This document shows, one piece after another, positions 60,842 to 64,000 of a stretch of DNA of 64,000 nucleotides (position 1 is the first letter of the stretch; every line of letters starts with the position of its first letter). The notes under the pieces are model-generated. The model saw only the letters and a list, made by a program, of their open reading frames with translations. It was not told the DNA's origin and made no database searches. Origin of the DNA: a bacterium (lineage in GTDB: Bacteria > UBA8248 > JACPRG01 > G963555815); the NCBI GenBank assembly GCA_965261595.1, contig CBDHDG010000006.1:1216001-1280000 (forward strand), read 5' to 3'. Made by a program: the position numbers and the translations under genes.

Positions 60842-61455
60842 GGAGCATCGCCCCGTACGAGTCGAGGCTCTATCACGATGGTAATCTCGCCTGCGAGGTT
60901 GCGGAGCCACTCGTCGATACGCGTCCGTTGCGGTGACGGGCCATGCCGCCTTCGGGCGATCCCTTCGGGCCGGGCTCTCCGCTGCAATCTCCGCTCCGCT
61001 TCGATTTCCGCTTCTATCCCTATCGTCTCCGCTCGCTGGCGCTCGCTGCGCGCTACGCTTGCCGGGCCGGCGCCCGAGACCCGGGTCTCAATCCCGGAAC
61101 CGCACAGGGCGTCCGGGACAGTGACAAACAATATCCCTCTCGACGTGATGGCCCATTGTCCCACACGTGCTCGCTGCGCCAACCCCGCCTCCGGCGGGGT
61201 CCTCCTCTTCGTTCCGGCCCTGGCTCGCAAGGCTACGGCGCTGCGCGCCTAGGCGCGGCAAGAACCGCGACCGAGGCTCCGCGCTCCCTGCGGTCGCTTG
61301 TGCGCCCGCACCACTCGCGCCCCTCGCCGCGCCAGGCCTTGCGGCCACGGTGACTTTGCTGCGCGCGCGTGGGCCACTCAACCATCACGTTCGGAGACTC
61401 TCTCCGCACAACGAACCGTAACGGTTCTCAACCCTCTACCCGGAAGGAGAGCATC

Positions 61456-62379
61456 ATGCACGATATCGACAACATCTCAGAACAGAACCAGTCCGTCACC
61501 GCCACCGTCTGCGAGCAGGCGGCTCTCTTCGGAGCAACCCCGGAGCGCGACGAATTCGACAACCGGGAGGTCTGGGACCCGGAGAACGCCCTCTCCGCCG
61601 TCACGGAAGCCTTCCGCATCATGGCACACGGCGTCGCGCCCGACGGAACGCAACTCGCCGACGAGCGCGAGAGCCTGCTCTGGGGATTCGTCAACATGCT
61701 CGACGCCCAGACCCAACGCCTCGACCGCGCGGCCGACAGGCTCCTCCCCGACATGCGCGACCTCCAGCGCGAGCAGGACGGCTCGGAGATCCGGTCCCGA
61801 GAACTCGAGCTCGTCACCGACCGAACCAAGAACCTCACGGACCGGCGGGACGCCTTCGAGCAACTCCGCGATGCAGCGGCCGAGGCCTACCGGGTCGAGA
61901 CCGGAGACCTCTGGCGGCCCCGGCGCGGGTCCCACACCTCCCAGACCGGCAAGCTCACTTCGGCCATGATCGATGCCCGCGACTTCCAGCGTGCTCGCAG
62001 GGACCGCGAGAACAAGGCCCTCCTGCCCCAGGGAACGCTCGTCGCGGTGGCAGGCGGCAAGCACGCCGGCGACGCAGGCGCCATCATCCGCACCCTCGAG
62101 AAGCTCAAGGCCAAGTACGACGACGTGGTCCTGGTCCACGGCGGCGGTCCGGGCGTCGAGAAGGTCGCGGCCAAGTGGGCGGACCGCAACGGTGTCCACC
62201 AGATCGTCTGCAAGCCCAACTGGGGCGCACACGGACGCGCGGCGCCCTTCCGGCGCAATGACGAACTGCTCGATCTCCTCCCCAAGGGCGTCATCGCGTT
62301 CCCGGGTTCCGGCATCACCGACAATCTGGTCGACAAGGCGCGCAAGCTCGGTATCCCGGTCCAGTGCGTCGCCGCCTGA
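61456..62379 (+). CDS. DUF2493 (SLOG/YspA-like) domain protein
   Basis: VAVAGG, VLVHGGG, AAKWADRNGV, AAPFRRND, IAFPGSGITDNLVDKA; RBS AAGGAG. Confidence 0.85.
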   Translation: MHDIDNISEQNQSVTATVCEQAALFGATPERDEFDNREVWDPENALSAVTEAFRIMAHGVAPDGTQLADERESLLWGFVNMLDAQTQRLDRAADRLLPDMRDLQREQDGSEIRSRELELVTDRTKNLTDRRDAFEQLRDAAAEAYRVETGDLWRPRRGSHTSQTGKLTSAMIDARDFQRARRDRENKALLPQGTLVAVAGGKHAGDAGAIIRTLEKLKAKYDDVVLVHGGGPGVEKVAAKWADRNGVHQIVCKPNWGAHGRAAPFRRNDELLDLLPKGVIAFPGSGITDNLVDKARKLGIPVQCVAA

Positions 62380-62766
62380 TCCGAACGACCTCGCGGGTCG
62401 CGTCGCCACCCGGCGGCGCGGCCCGTTCCTCTTCCGCGTTGCCCGCTGCCGCACCGCCCGCCGCACTTCGCACCGCACCGGTGCGGACCCCACTGCTGAC
62501 TCCGTCCCGCACCGCTCCATGCACTGTGCTCCGCACGGCCGCCCGCTCAATCGCCGCGGCGGCTCCCCCGCGCGTCCTGCGCCCGCGGAGATCCTCTCTT
62601 CACTCGTTCCTCACATTTTGGTCTGTCGGACGCCGGTCGGCGCTTTTACTCTCACACCCCACGCACCGTTGGTGCCGTTGCAAACCAGCGCGCGCTTGTC
62701 ATGCGGTTTGCTGCGCAAATACCGACAAAAGCAGCCTAAGTGTTGTTGGATCAAGCGTATGCCGTA

Positions 62767-62879
62767 CCGATATACTGATCTAAGACATTGATATTGCTGT
62801 ATTTTGTTTCGGACCGATATACGACCGGCATACGTCCCTGTCGCGGCTGCGACGGCCGTGTATGCTGCACCGATATACG
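62767..62879 (+). promoter_or_regulatory. Repeated CCGATATACG motif cluster upstream of RHH pair (oriT/operator candidate)
   Basis: CCGATATACT 62767, CCGATATACG 62814 and 62870. Confidence 0.65.
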
Positions 62880-62971
62880 GGGAATCGACGCCAACGAGGA
62901 CGGAACCGCTTCCGTTCCCTGGGGAAACCTGTGCATTCCCGAACGAAGACCGCGACTCGGAGAGACAAAAC

Positions 62972-63355
62972 ATGAGCGAAAACGAGCGAACCGACGCCGA
63001 AACCGGCGCGACTCCAGACGAGAAACAGACCGACACGCGTACGCCACGGGCGATCCGGTTCTCGGATTCCGATTGGGATGAGGTAAAGACGGCGGCAGCG
63101 GAGCATAAAATCCCGGCCGCCGAGTTCGTCCGCGATGCCGCGCTGAACCTCGCCCGGAACAAGAACGTCGCGGACTCCGCCGCGATGCCGCCAGGAATCG
63201 TCGCGCTGATCGAGCGCATCTATCGAAGCACCTACATCGTTGCGACGCTCAAACGCGATGAAATGCTCCGCGAAGGGCGCGGCGACGAACTCGACGAGAT
63301 GATAAAATTGGCCCGGGAGACCCAGGCGACGATCCTGGAAGATGCTTCAAAATGA
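62972..63355 (+). CDS. Ribbon-helix-helix protein
   Basis: RTPRAIRFSDSDWDEVKTAAAEHKIPAAEFVRDAAL; 127 aa. Confidence 0.75.
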   Translation: MSENERTDAETGATPDEKQTDTRTPRAIRFSDSDWDEVKTAAAEHKIPAAEFVRDAALNLARNKNVADSAAMPPGIVALIERIYRSTYIVATLKRDEMLREGRGDELDEMIKLARETQATILEDASK

Positions 63356-63540
63356 GGGCCGCGTAAGCCTCGGCGCCCCGGCGAGGCCGCGTGGTATTGC
63401 CGGACGCCATGAAAACCGGCCATCGTATTCCAACGCGCCCGACATTCACGATAGCGGAAACTCAGTTCGCCGATCCGCGCCCGGTCCGGCGCGAAACTGG
63501 CGGTTTCCTGACGAAAACCGAAGCCCACTGGAGCAGAATT

Positions 63541-63924
63541 ATGACGGGAAACCATCTGAGAGACGCCGCTATCGATCCGAATCTGGACGAAAAGAACGCC
63601 GATCTCCGCACGCCGCACTCGATCCGGTTCTCGGATTCAGAATGGTCTCGCAGCGAGCAAGCGGCCAAAGGGCGTGGAATGACGGCTGCCGAGCTTGTGC
63701 GCCATGCCGCAATGAGCCTCGCCGAGGACAAATCTACCACGGGTTCCTCAACGCTCGGACCTGGAATCGCCGCGCAGATCGTGCGTATCTGTCGCGGCGT
63801 CTACTTGCTTTCGACGCTGAAACGCGACGAAATGTTCCGCGATGGACGCCAGGAGGAGCTCGACCGGATTGGGAGGGATGCCCGCGACTCGTGGGCTGCG
63901 ATCCTGAACAGTCAATCTGACTGA
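63541..63924 (+). CDS. Ribbon-helix-helix protein, paralog of the preceding gene
   Basis: RTPHSIRFSDSEW..GMTAAELVRHAAM..TLKRDEM; 127 aa. Confidence 0.75.
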   Translation: MTGNHLRDAAIDPNLDEKNADLRTPHSIRFSDSEWSRSEQAAKGRGMTAAELVRHAAMSLAEDKSTTGSSTLGPGIAAQIVRICRGVYLLSTLKRDEMFRDGRQEELDRIGRDARDSWAAILNSQSD

Positions 63925-64000
63925 GCTAAAATGAACCGCTTGCTTTCGACGGTGTTATGAAGATCTCGGAAATTCGGTTCCCCGATCCGCTTCTAACCGC

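Noticed and set aside
1..64000. CRISPR array or rRNA
   Set aside because: No regularly spaced repeat-spacer array and no rRNA signatures seen.

Overview
Two distinct halves. 1-27.8 kb is high-GC core chromosome: an scpA-scpB-rluB-TPR/SLH-pgsA-like-AI-2E operon, aminotransferase, a bioF-bioA-rhodanese-bioD operon, IS1595, hsp20, a caspase-FGE gene broken by two in-frame TGA codons, a molybdopterin oxidoreductase, transporters, a MetE-like enzyme and a UbiD/TAXI-TRAP/MBL/SDR cluster. From ~27.9 kb to the end is a heavily rearranged integrated element with integrase fragments, IS256 x2, IS3 remnants, IS21, IS1380 x3, a ~3 kb direct duplication and a conjugative leading-region backbone (ssb, toprim primase, DUF4326, DUF2493, RHH paralogs with a repeated CCGATATACG motif). 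Its cargo is defence-like. The best candidate for an undescribed system is a tightly coupled, lower-GC four-gene operon (30567-34375): Septu/PtuA-like ATPase, PtuB-like HNH nuclease, S-adenosylmethionine-decarboxylase-like protein and DUF3326-like protein. Also present are an RloC-like SMC ATPase, an Mrr-like nuclease, HigBA and a UDG-fold orphan. All family calls come from motif recognition by eye, not from database searches.
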